DNA of 64,000 nucleotides from Myxococcales bacterium (lineage in GTDB: Bacteria > Myxococcota_A > Bradymonadia > UBA7976 > UBA1532): the NCBI GenBank assembly GCA_002731825.1, contig PCCS01000017.1, positions 123,420 through 187,419 on the forward strand. Direction: 5' to 3'. The notes below the pieces were generated by a model. It saw nothing but the letters and a program-made list of their open reading frames with translations, ran no database searches and was not told the origin of the DNA. This document shows, piece after piece, positions 44,058 to 53,811 of this stretch. The translations under genes and the position numbers were made by a program. The number at the start of each line of letters is the position of its first letter. Position 1 is the stretch's first letter.

Positions 44058-45599
44058 TTGAAGTCCATTAGCATTGCAACCTGTCTCGTCTTGGCTCTCG
44101 TTCAAGTTGTCATAGCGAGGCCTGCATCCGTCAGACTGACAAACACCACCGTTACAGAGTTTCGAACCGATAACGAAAACTTAGACCCGCGGGATGACAA
44201 CTACGGCTCCATCATCAACCGGCTCAATCTTAATGGGAACAGCGGTCCCATCGCGACCTCACTGCGGTTGGACAGCATGTATTTCTGGGATACTGAACAG
44301 CCCTGGCACGAAAACGACGCGCGCATCGAACGACTCAAATTACAGTACCGACTGGGCGATTGGACCATCAAGGTCGGAGATATCTATCGTCAGCTCGGGC
44401 GCGGCATCGTTTTAAATCTGCGTAAGGTGGATGAGGCTGGATTGGATGTCCTCTTACGGGGCGGAGAGCTCGCCTACAGTTCAAATCGGCAGGGCGCTGG
44501 CGTTTTTGCCGGTCGAGCAAATATTGTCAACATCGATATACTCAATCAGCGATTTGTCGATGATCCTGAGGACATTCTGGCTGGCGGTTGGTACGCGCTG
44601 CGGAATTTAAGACTGGGGTCTTTACGGATGACCTTAGGGACCCACTATCTTTATCGAAAAAATCATGATTCATCGGCCGTCAGCCAAATGAACGATGGGA
44701 GCAGCAATGTGGGTGCATACCTCGAGTTCCCCGCCCTTGGTGACTACGGCTCCCTCTACATGGAGGCAGACTTTCAACAGACCCGTGAATTCGATCAGGT
44801 CACAGACGGGAGAGCCGCATACGGCGCGGTTGATTTCTTCGTCGGGGATACGAGTCTGGTCGTGGAAGCCATCTACTTAGATCAGTTTCGTCAGTACGGC
44901 TCCGTCAACCGTTACGATGAACCCGTGCGATACAACCAGGCCCCAACCCTTGACCGAATCGATCAAGAGACGTCCAAAGGCGAGAATGAATATGCCACCC
45001 GAGTGCGACTAGAGCAGGCATTCTTAGAGGGTGACTTTGTCGTTTATATCAATGGCATGTACAAAGTCATCGACCCGGATGATCTAAGCGAAGTGACCCA
45101 ATTGCACGGTTACGGCGGTCTGAAAGGTGAGTTTGATTCCGGTCGGTCACGCTATGCTGTGAGCGGTGGCTATCGCGATGAAGACGCGACGGGCGGGCCA
45201 ACAACACGAGATATTAAAGACATGTCCCACGCCGAGGTTGATTACATTCAATTTATTACCAATGGCTACTCTCTCCAGCTCGCAGCAAATTATGAATTCC
45301 GCACATTGGAGGGCACGTCATATGAACGTGGCAGCAGCTTCTTTGGCATTCAAAAGGCGGGACTGGGAAGCCTTACATTCGAACATGGCCTTGATAATCA
45401 AGACACCCGAGGTGGTGCGAGGCAACAGTTTTACGCAGGGATACTGAGCTGGAATGCCTCTGAGTCAATGATCATCAAAAGCACCGTAGGTAGCCAAAGA
45501 GGCGGACTTAAATGTGTGGGCGGAGTGTGCCGAATCTATCCTTCTTTTTCCGGATATCAACTCAGTGTTCTCATGAATCATGACCTGGGTGGTCTGTAG
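44058..45599 (+). CDS. Outer-membrane beta-barrel, DUF6029-like, with C-terminal CX4C motif
   Basis: Signal peptide; VGDIYRQLGRGIVL; amphipathic strands; ends QRGGLKCVGGVCRIYPSFSG as I recall for DUF6029-family proteins. Confidence 0.65.
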   Translation: MKSISIATCLVLALVQVVIARPASVRLTNTTVTEFRTDNENLDPRDDNYGSIINRLNLNGNSGPIATSLRLDSMYFWDTEQPWHENDARIERLKLQYRLGDWTIKVGDIYRQLGRGIVLNLRKVDEAGLDVLLRGGELAYSSNRQGAGVFAGRANIVNIDILNQRFVDDPEDILAGGWYALRNLRLGSLRMTLGTHYLYRKNHDSSAVSQMNDGSSNVGAYLEFPALGDYGSLYMEADFQQTREFDQVTDGRAAYGAVDFFVGDTSLVVEAIYLDQFRQYGSVNRYDEPVRYNQAPTLDRIDQETSKGENEYATRVRLEQAFLEGDFVVYINGMYKVIDPDDLSEVTQLHGYGGLKGEFDSGRSRYAVSGGYRDEDATGGPTTRDIKDMSHAEVDYIQFITNGYSLQLAANYEFRTLEGTSYERGSSFFGIQKAGLGSLTFEHGLDNQDTRGGARQQFYAGILSWNASESMIIKSTVGSQRGGLKCVGGVCRIYPSFSGYQLSVLMNHDLGGL

Positions 45600-45786
45600 A
45601 GGGGGCCATGCCCACAAGATCCGTCGCTCAGCACCCGTAACGCACACCTGAACAATCCCCCCCCGTCGGCCTGTTCCTATGGACAGGGTTTTGCGCCCAC
45701 AGAACTGTGTATTCTCAGAGCATCAATAACGCGATATACTAAAGGACAGTCTCTTTCATGGACTGGATTCGCAGACTGGGGATGAG

Positions 45787-46656
45787 TTGATTAACGCCTA
45801 CGATCTAAACAGCTTCGATGGGACTCGAATCCGCTATCATATCGTTGGTAACGGACCAAATATCCTGGTCATGGCCAACGGCCATGGTGCGACAATAGAC
45901 GTCTGGACCAGGGTCTTTAAGCATTTACCGACCCAGTGCACCCTCATCACCTGGGATTATCGAGCCCAACATGGGTCTGATCATGGTTTGAGACCACCAA
46001 CCGTTGCAGATCATTATGGCGATCTTGGCGCGATCGTCTCCCATCTAGGCCTTGACAGTTTTGGCCTTGCTGGATGGAGCCTCGGTGTGCAGGTCGCACT
46101 TCAAGCCTATAGACAACACAGCCATCAAGTCGGTGCGATGGCGCTCATCCATGGTGTCCATGGACGGCTCATGAGTCGTGTTTTTGATGGTCGACTCGCC
46201 GGCTTAGGTAAGCGCCTTGTCAGCCTCTTTGCGGACTATGAACCAAAACTTACCTCCCTGTATAAACCGCCCTTGCGTGAGCTCCTAAAGCGGCCTATTT
46301 CGCAAACATTCTTCGATAAAATCGGTTTTGTTCGAGGTGGTCATAAGCAGTTTCAAGACATGGCCCAAGAGATTCTCGAACTGGATTTATCAACCTACTT
46401 GAAAGTGGCCTGTGCCGCCGATGACCATGCGACTGAAAACTGGCTTCATACCATTGATGTGCCTGTGGTTATGACTGTCGGCAGCCAGGACTGGCTCACA
46501 CCAGCCAAGCAAATCACGCCCGCATTCGCCAAATTACAAGACGCGTCGCTCCAACATTTTGATGGCACTCATTTCCCACTGCTTGAAGAGCCAAAGCGAA
46601 TCGCTGAGATACTGGGTCGGTGCGCTGAAATGAATGCGCAATCAGACCGCGCCTGA
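45787..46656 (+). CDS. Alpha/beta hydrolase
   Basis: ANGHG, WDYRAQHGS, nucleophile elbow GWSLG, GSQDWLT, GTHFPLLEEP (Ser-Asp-His); TTG start. Confidence 0.88.
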   Translation: MINAYDLNSFDGTRIRYHIVGNGPNILVMANGHGATIDVWTRVFKHLPTQCTLITWDYRAQHGSDHGLRPPTVADHYGDLGAIVSHLGLDSFGLAGWSLGVQVALQAYRQHSHQVGAMALIHGVHGRLMSRVFDGRLAGLGKRLVSLFADYEPKLTSLYKPPLRELLKRPISQTFFDKIGFVRGGHKQFQDMAQEILELDLSTYLKVACAADDHATENWLHTIDVPVVMTVGSQDWLTPAKQITPAFAKLQDASLQHFDGTHFPLLEEPKRIAEILGRCAEMNAQSDRA

Positions 46657-47694
46657 GTCAACCCTGCGGTAGCTATGCAAAAGTGCGACGGTGGTCGCTA
46701 ACAGTGCAAACGCACCGATCTGATGTGCGGCACCTAGTAAAGGCGGGACACCCGGGACGAGTACGACGCTTACACCCAGTAGAAATTGTGCACCGACAAG
46801 ACCGCGGATCCACAACAGCCGATTCCGTTGATTGCGGGTCTGCACGCGCCTCATGAGCTTAATCGTCATGTAAATCCCGAAAAGCGCCACACCCCAACCA
46901 AGGCTACGATGAATGAAGTTGAGCATGTCGAGATTCTCAACAAAGTTGGCTGCCCCCATACTGGCCACATAGGCATTTTGCGGAAAAAACTGGCCGTTGA
47001 ATAATGGGAAGCTCTGGTACATATAGCCCGCTTTGGTACCCGCCATAAAAGCGCCGTAGATGATCTGGACGATAACGAGAGCCAGAAATACGATGGTCCA
47101 TTGTTGACCTGTTTTGTCCTTCGTACGCGCGTCACCCGGAAATACATTTAGAGCCAGCCACAGGATATACATGGCACATGTGAGTGCCAGTCCTAGATGG
47201 ACCGCCAGTCGATAGTGACTGACAGCTGGATTGTCGACGAGACCGCTTTTGACCATCCACCATCCGACGGCGCCCTGGAGTCCCCCGAGGCAAAAACCGA
47301 TGAATGTAAGGCCCATGAAACGACGTGACATCCGGCGGCGGACGACAAAGTAGGCCCATGGAACAAAAAATAGGAGTCCGATAATCCGGCCCCAGAGGCG
47401 GTGTAAGTACTCCCAAAAGAAGATGAACTTAAACTCGGGGAGCGTCATCATCTGGTTCATCTTCTGGAATTGGGGAAAGGCCTTGTATTGAGCAAATGCG
47501 GCATCCCAGGCGGCCTCACCAATGGGCGGGAGCCAGCCTGTCACAGGCCTCCATGTCACCATAGATAAACCGGACTGGGTGAGCCGAGTCAGTCCGCCGA
47601 TCATCACCATGACAGCGATGGACCCAAAAACCACGAGGAGCCAGCGGCCCACACTTGGCGTTGCCGGTCGTTTCAAATCGAGAATCATGGACAT
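46642..47694 (-). CDS. ctaA: Heme A synthase (COX15/CtaA)
   Basis: IGGLTRLTQSGLSM, WEYLHRLWGR, YRLAVH, FIHR, AAHQ; about 8 TM. Confidence 0.93.
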   Translation of the reverse strand: MSMILDLKRPATPSVGRWLLVVFGSIAVMVMIGGLTRLTQSGLSMVTWRPVTGWLPPIGEAAWDAAFAQYKAFPQFQKMNQMMTLPEFKFIFFWEYLHRLWGRIIGLLFFVPWAYFVVRRRMSRRFMGLTFIGFCLGGLQGAVGWWMVKSGLVDNPAVSHYRLAVHLGLALTCAMYILWLALNVFPGDARTKDKTGQQWTIVFLALVIVQIIYGAFMAGTKAGYMYQSFPLFNGQFFPQNAYVASMGAANFVENLDMLNFIHRSLGWGVALFGIYMTIKLMRRVQTRNQRNRLLWIRGLVGAQFLLGVSVVLVPGVPPLLGAAHQIGAFALLATTVALLHSYRRVDSGAV

Positions 47695-47765
47695 TGATTA
47701 GTGGTTTCATGGCTCAAGGTCAAATCCCTCTCATCGACTGACCATGACACCGGCTCTAACCAGCA

Positions 47766-50324
47766 TTAAATCACGTATTCAACCGCACGTCGGCGACGGT
47801 TGTAATCAGAACTCATCGTTCGCCCATAGGCGCCTGCGGTTGCCAATATGAGAATGTCGTCGGCCATGGTCTCCGGCAGAATTCGTCCATAGCCAAGCGT
47901 ATCACCCGTCTCACAAATTGGCCCCACGACATTATACTCGTACGCCAAAGGGGCATCGTGTTTTGAGAGGTTAGCAATCTCATGCCAAGCACCGTAGAGC
48001 GCAGGTCGTAGAAAAGTGTGCATCCCTGCATCAACGCCGACATAGCGAACATCGCCCTTGGTCTTTGTTTGAACGACCCGCGTCAACAAAACCCCGGCTT
48101 GTGCCACTAAATACCGACCTGGCTCCAGCCACAGCTCGAGGTCTGGGTGGAGGGCTTTGAAACGTAGGAGTAGATCGCCCATTTTCTTGAGATCGAGAGG
48201 CGCACGACCCGGTCGTTCAACGACGCCCAAACCGCCACCCAGATCCAGGATCTGAACGTTAGGGAAGTAACGACGTGCATCAACCAAAAAGTGTGCGGTA
48301 TGAGTCCACGCATCCGGAGTTCGAATTCCAGAGCCTGCATGAGCATGCAGACCAATGACATTGGCCCCGGCCACCTGCACAGCCTCAGACGCCCGTGCCA
48401 AGTCGTCGGGCGCAATGCCGAACTTAGATTGTGACCCGGCGGTCCGCACATATGCATGATGACCACGTCCCCGACCTGGATCAAGCCGCAATAAGATTTC
48501 TCTATCTTGAAAAATCTCGGGCCAGTTTTCTAGGGGGAAGAGCGAATCGACAGTGACAAAAACATTCTTAGATAGGGCGTATTCGTACTCTGCCCGGGGG
48601 GCGAAGTTGGGGGTAAATAAGATGCGCTTGGGGTCTAGATTAGGGATGCAATGCCATACATGGTCCAGCTCTCCGATGGACACACATTCAAACCCAAGGG
48701 CCGAGTCAGCTAAACGAGTGAGAATATCCGGATTGTCATTGGCCTTGACGGCATAAAAGACTCGGCTAATGGCGTCTAAACCCATTAACGATGACGCGGC
48801 TTGGTCAATGCTTTGACCATGATAGACAAACGCGGGCGTGGTGTCTTCAGACAGCTCTAATAGAGCGTCTCGTTGCGAGACCCACCAGGGCGTATCATCT
48901 CGACCAAGACGCGTCTTATCGTCAAAGGTTTCTCTCCAAGTCGGCCCCAAATGAGGGGACGCTGTCTCGTCTCCAAACAATAACCCGTGCAATTTGCCAA
49001 CGAGACGATCCGCCTGCGCAGCGTCGACCACAAAGGTGAGATTCAAATCGCTGGCTGCTTGAGATAGCATGTGGATTTTTTGAGATTCAAACACCTGCAA
49101 CGCAGGACCCAGTTGGTGCAGAATCGCCCGGATATGTCGACCGACCAAACTCACCGATGCGCAATCACGAAGAACGCTTACTTGGCAGTGCATCCGGAGG
49201 TCGGAGATCAATGCGTCCAAGTTCGACTCGGCGATAACGTTGGTGATTTGGTCAAAAGACGCGGTAATATTGGTCTCCGATGTACTGACTAAATCGACGC
49301 TGATACCATGGTGTTTAAAACAGGCGAACACGTCGGCAAGAAACCCAACGCTCTGCCACATGCCCAATGTATCCATCGAGACCAGAGTAATCCCCCGCCT
49401 GGCCGATATCACTTTGACTTCAGCCGTGTCCGGCGCATTGGGTCCAATGATTGTCCCGACAAGGTCGGGCCTTTGCGTACAGCGTACATGAAGCGGGATT
49501 CCATGCCGTCGAACCGGCACTAGGCAACGTGGATGCAGGACTGATGCCCCAGCCGATGCGATCTCTTGGGCTTCGTCATAGCCAAGTAATTTGAGCATTC
49601 GTGCGTCCGGAATATCCCGAGGGTTCGCTGTGTAGACCCCTGGAACATCCGTCCATATTTCGCACCGCTCTGCATTGATTCGCGCTGCCAATAGGGCAGC
49701 TGATGTATCGGAACCACCGCGACCCAATAGTACGGTCTCACCCTGTTGATTGCTTGCGATGAAACCCTGGGTAATTAGACAGTCATATTTTGCAAACGCA
49801 TCCTGTGTCTCGGCACAGAATGCGTCATCACAATGGGCAGATAGCCAAGCAATGTCACCTGTGCTGGATGTCGACTCCAAGTGGTCACGCGCATCTATCC
49901 ATGTCACGGGAATGCCTTGAGACACCATATAACGAGCACCAATTCGAGTTGAAAGCAGTTCACCCATGGCCATGACGGCTGCTTTCATACGAGGTGTCGC
50001 TTCGCCGATTAAGGCGGCTCCGTCAGCCAAACGACGCAAAGGTTGGAGAGCCTCGTCCAGCCAACCGGTATCGATGCCTAAACTTTGCGCCAACGCAATA
50101 TGCTGTGCACTGACCTGGTCAAGAATTGGACGGTGCTGGTCTTGAAGGGCCGAATCTAAGAGCCTGTCCAATTGATTACTAACGCCAGCGAGGGCAGAGC
50201 ACACCAGTACGGGTTTGTACCCAGCCTCCATTCGACGGCGCGCTGTCTCAATAATCGAGGTCCATCGCTCCGACGATGCCACGCTGGTCCCACCGAACTT
50301 CAATACAACAAACTTGGTTTTCAT
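47766..50324 (-). CDS. lysAC: Bifunctional aspartate kinase / diaminopimelate decarboxylase
   Basis: LKFGGTS, LGRGGSD, WTDVPG, ACT domains; then FYAVKAN (PLP Lys), LDLGGG, EPGRYLV, VGPICETGD, GAYG. Start MKTKFVV at 50324. Confidence 0.95.
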   Translation of the reverse strand: MKTKFVVLKFGGTSVASSERWTSIIETARRRMEAGYKPVLVCSALAGVSNQLDRLLDSALQDQHRPILDQVSAQHIALAQSLGIDTGWLDEALQPLRRLADGAALIGEATPRMKAAVMAMGELLSTRIGARYMVSQGIPVTWIDARDHLESTSSTGDIAWLSAHCDDAFCAETQDAFAKYDCLITQGFIASNQQGETVLLGRGGSDTSAALLAARINAERCEIWTDVPGVYTANPRDIPDARMLKLLGYDEAQEIASAGASVLHPRCLVPVRRHGIPLHVRCTQRPDLVGTIIGPNAPDTAEVKVISARRGITLVSMDTLGMWQSVGFLADVFACFKHHGISVDLVSTSETNITASFDQITNVIAESNLDALISDLRMHCQVSVLRDCASVSLVGRHIRAILHQLGPALQVFESQKIHMLSQAASDLNLTFVVDAAQADRLVGKLHGLLFGDETASPHLGPTWRETFDDKTRLGRDDTPWWVSQRDALLELSEDTTPAFVYHGQSIDQAASSLMGLDAISRVFYAVKANDNPDILTRLADSALGFECVSIGELDHVWHCIPNLDPKRILFTPNFAPRAEYEYALSKNVFVTVDSLFPLENWPEIFQDREILLRLDPGRGRGHHAYVRTAGSQSKFGIAPDDLARASEAVQVAGANVIGLHAHAGSGIRTPDAWTHTAHFLVDARRYFPNVQILDLGGGLGVVERPGRAPLDLKKMGDLLLRFKALHPDLELWLEPGRYLVAQAGVLLTRVVQTKTKGDVRYVGVDAGMHTFLRPALYGAWHEIANLSKHDAPLAYEYNVVGPICETGDTLGYGRILPETMADDILILATAGAYGRTMSSDYNRRRRAVEYVI

Positions 50325-50558
50325 GCTCTCACCTTCGATACCTTGGCCAGTTGCTCGCCTGCGGATGGCAGATGCCAAGTTTTTCAATCAATTGACAGAT
50401 AAATCAACCATATCGCCCTAGCCCGTTGACATAATTAAGCCAGTCCGCCCGTGAACACCTGTTCAATAGACCGGCGGACTGGTTGGGCCTTCAGAATATG
50501 CATTGGACAGTGACTTGAGGTATGATCAGGTCACTCAACCACCCGGCAGCGAAAGACC

Positions 50559-53500
50559 ATGTTCAAGACACCTCTCTACCCGCTTCTGTTCATGAGTTTA
50601 TGCATAGCTGCTTGTGATGACAGCGGCCCGGCTACAGCGAGCTCAGTCGCCGATGCTGATCCATTCGTACCGCCGCCACTGGCGGATCGGTTTATTGGTG
50701 GTTCTCTGACTGATATCGGAGTGCGGAATCAAGCAAACTCACCCTGTGAGGTCAACATGTGTCCAGACGGGACACGCTGTGAAGACGACGGCGTCTCAAT
50801 CACCTGTATACCATTGACCTGCTCAGACCTTGACTGCAGAGATTTTGAAATTTGTGAGGAAGATGAATCTGGCGCACTCTGTCGTGACCTGCGATGCACA
50901 ACAGACTTGGATTGTGCAGATGACCAATATTGTAACGAACAATGCCGACCGGACACATGTCTGCCTGGTTCGAGTCGATGCATCGATAACCGTGTCGTGC
51001 GTTGTGCCGACAACGGGTCAGATGAGGTCGAAGAGTATATCTGCGGTCTTGAGCAACATGGTTTTCTGAGCGAATGTCGGGTCTTTTCCGATGGTTTAGC
51101 TGGCTGTACGTGTGGGGATGATTGGGACTGCCCTCAATTCATGAGGTGTTCAGCAGGACGCTGTTTAGGGCAACCCGTGGCGCCCAGTTGTAGCCTGCCA
51201 CCAGCCCCCATTGAAGACGCGCTGCCAACACCTGAGATTATTTGGGGCGGTGGCCCATCGGACCCCATTGCCGCCGACCGACCATTTGGTGCCAGCAGCC
51301 AGGTCGTGGTCACGCCATTGGTCGGAAACTTGGATGACGACAATGGCGACGGTCAGATCACGGAACAAGACATACCTGAACTGATCTTTTTAAGTTTTTG
51401 CGACAGCAATTTTACCAATAATGGAGCACTCCGAATCGTGCATGGAGGCGGCCGGTTGAAAGGCATGGACGTCGTGTCTGTCCTCGGTGACCAGCGATGG
51501 GAAATCGGAGACGTCTTGCCGGGCCCAGGTGATTATCGGTGCCAAGATGGTATTCTCGATCCGACGGCACCCATGGCTTTTGGCGATCTTGACCCGGTAG
51601 ACTCGACCGACGGCCGTCCTGAAATCATCGCCAACCATGAAAATGGCGGGCTGGTTCTCTTCGACCATATGGGTCATCAACTGGATATTGCGTTTAATGG
51701 AGAGCTGAACCAAGGACCCAACCCCGCCCCTATGATCGTCAACTTAGACGGCCAGGGTTTTTCTGAAATTGTCATCGGGCGAACCGTGATCACCGTTTTT
51801 AGGGACCCGATGGGCCAATTGCGATTTGGCGATCGTTTCGAAGGCAATGGTGCCCGCGGGCGTAATCCATCTCAAGGTGCCTTGGGCTGCGTTGCTGATC
51901 TTCTTGGCACAGGTCAGCCCCAAATTATCGCGGGCTCCTCGGTCTATCGTTGGCCCACGCCTCCTCAGGGCGCCCAGAGCCGCTCGGATTGCAGCATGAA
52001 TGGGGGTGCCATAGAACCGACCAATGACGATGAAAACGCATTTTGTGGCGGCCGACTGGTCGTCGAATGGCGGGGAAACCAAGTCAATGATGATCAAGCG
52101 GCCAATGAAGGCTATTGTGCCATCGCCGACATCTATGGCGTCGATCAAGATCAACCGCCAGGTCCAGATAACCCACTCGATGGACTCCCTGAGTTGGTAC
52201 TGGTCAGCAACGGACGGATTCAGATTTTTAATGGTCAAACCGGTCGATTGATCTCCAGTCACTCGATGAATCTTGGAGGGAGCGGTGGCGCCCCCAATGT
52301 CGACGACTTCGACGGTGATGGATTCCCCGAAGTCGGCAGTGCGTTCGAATCGGGTTACGCAATGCTCGATCTACAATCTAACTCACCATCGTGTGCAACC
52401 TGGCCCGATTTACTAGACGACAATGAACAGGCGGATGAGCCGAGAGATCATGGCGCTAATTCATGCGCTGACAATGCTGATTGCAGGGCCCCGGATACGG
52501 TCTGCAACCACGCCTCGGGCCAATGTGTCTGCTTGCATAACGGCTGGAAACGAAGGACCGAGGATGATTCGAGTCGAGTCACAGGCTCCACTCTCTTTGA
52601 TTTCAACGGCGATGGTGCGGCTGAAGTCATCTACAACGACGAGTGCTGGTTTAGAATTTATGATGGACTGTCCGGTGCCGTCTTACTCAAAGAACCCTCG
52701 GAAAGTCGAACACGGGTTGAGTATCCAGTCGTTGCAGACGTCGACAATGATGGTAATGCCGAAATCGTCTTCTCGACGTCGACAGAATCTGAATTTTGTT
52801 CCGAGAGAAATGACAATAGCGGCGACCCAGATAGGCCACGCTGGCGTGACCAATATAATTCCGGAATCGAGGTCTGGGGCGACCCAAATGATCGATGGGT
52901 ATCGGCCAGACGGATCTGGAATCAGCATAGTTACCATGTGACCAATGTGTACGAGAGTGGTCGAATCCCAGTTGTTGCTCCAGAGAGCTGGCAAGTCTTG
53001 AATGGCCGGTCCTACAACACCTATCGTTCTCAGCCGAGAAGCCGAGGCATCGCGCCCGATTTAGTCGTGACTGACTTACAAGTAAACGCCCCGGGCGATG
53101 GCTGTAGCGCGCTGTCTTCTATCGCACAGATCGACCTACTCGTCGCAAATCAGGGAGACCTGCGCGTGGGCCCAGAAGTTTTGGTTGAGATAGATGGGAC
53201 TTGGGCTGGTCAGCGCAGGTCTTTGCTAAATGCCGACGGGGCACCCCTGACCGAACCCATTGGCCGCCCCCTCGCGCCAGGCCAAGTCACTCGGGTTACG
53301 TTGGTCTACGATGCCGATGGCGACCCAAATGAGCCTCCCGGACTTCCAGACCAAATTACCGCTCGAGTTGACGCGGGCGGCCATCCCGAGTTTGGACAAG
53401 AGCGTGAATGCAGAGAGGACAATAACGAAACCATCGTAGACGTCATCCCGCCCAGCGCACTCCCAGACCTTGTCGTCCTGCGCGTGGACTCGATGCCAGC

Positions 53501-53804
53501 GGCGTGTCCCCGTTCATTTTTTAACGTAGTGGTCGCCAATCGCGGCGCTATCGATGCAGCCCCATTCACACTTCGCGCCTATGCCGGTAACCCGGAACAA
53601 GGCGGGACGCTCTTGGACGAAGCGAGAGCCATTGACGGCCTCGCGGCCAATGGTGAAGCGGAATTCCGTATGGGTTCCGATACAGTCCCTTTTGGTGGTT
53701 CTGTCGGTTTGTACATCATTCTTGATCAGGAAAATGAGCTTGAGGAATGCCGTGATGGCAACAACCTTTTCTCAGCGGGTCAACTTCGCTGCGTCTTACC
53801 CTAA
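50559..53804 (+). CDS. Cys-rich lipoprotein with FG-GAP (integrin-alpha-like) beta-propeller and two CARDB domains
   Basis: Lipobox IAAC; DDFDGDGFPEV, FDFNGDGAAEVIY, ADVDNDGNAEIV; PDLVV..NQG and PDLVV..NRG; ECREDNN and ECRDGNN. Confidence 0.85.
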   Translation: MFKTPLYPLLFMSLCIAACDDSGPATASSVADADPFVPPPLADRFIGGSLTDIGVRNQANSPCEVNMCPDGTRCEDDGVSITCIPLTCSDLDCRDFEICEEDESGALCRDLRCTTDLDCADDQYCNEQCRPDTCLPGSSRCIDNRVVRCADNGSDEVEEYICGLEQHGFLSECRVFSDGLAGCTCGDDWDCPQFMRCSAGRCLGQPVAPSCSLPPAPIEDALPTPEIIWGGGPSDPIAADRPFGASSQVVVTPLVGNLDDDNGDGQITEQDIPELIFLSFCDSNFTNNGALRIVHGGGRLKGMDVVSVLGDQRWEIGDVLPGPGDYRCQDGILDPTAPMAFGDLDPVDSTDGRPEIIANHENGGLVLFDHMGHQLDIAFNGELNQGPNPAPMIVNLDGQGFSEIVIGRTVITVFRDPMGQLRFGDRFEGNGARGRNPSQGALGCVADLLGTGQPQIIAGSSVYRWPTPPQGAQSRSDCSMNGGAIEPTNDDENAFCGGRLVVEWRGNQVNDDQAANEGYCAIADIYGVDQDQPPGPDNPLDGLPELVLVSNGRIQIFNGQTGRLISSHSMNLGGSGGAPNVDDFDGDGFPEVGSAFESGYAMLDLQSNSPSCATWPDLLDDNEQADEPRDHGANSCADNADCRAPDTVCNHASGQCVCLHNGWKRRTEDDSSRVTGSTLFDFNGDGAAEVIYNDECWFRIYDGLSGAVLLKEPSESRTRVEYPVVADVDNDGNAEIVFSTSTESEFCSERNDNSGDPDRPRWRDQYNSGIEVWGDPNDRWVSARRIWNQHSYHVTNVYESGRIPVVAPESWQVLNGRSYNTYRSQPRSRGIAPDLVVTDLQVNAPGDGCSALSSIAQIDLLVANQGDLRVGPEVLVEIDGTWAGQRRSLLNADGAPLTEPIGRPLAPGQVTRVTLVYDADGDPNEPPGLPDQITARVDAGGHPEFGQERECREDNNETIVDVIPPSALPDLVVLRVDSMPAACPRSFFNVVVANRGAIDAAPFTLRAYAGNPEQGGTLLDEARAIDGLAANGEAEFRMGSDTVPFGGSVGLYIILDQENELEECRDGNNLFSAGQLRCVLP

Positions 53805-53811
53805 GGCTCGA

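Noticed and set aside
40059-45599. Selenocysteine recoding in the redoxin cluster
   Set aside because: All CxxC and CX4C motifs are encoded with Cys codons in uninterrupted ORFs; no in-frame TGA
45726-45732. ATAACGC half-site upstream of the alpha/beta hydrolase, matching the operator at 28400
   Set aside because: Only one 7-bp half-site with no matching arm; expected by chance
50325-50558. Lysine riboswitch upstream of lysAC
   Set aside because: The conserved AGAGG(U/C)GC opening and associated motifs are not present on the minus strand
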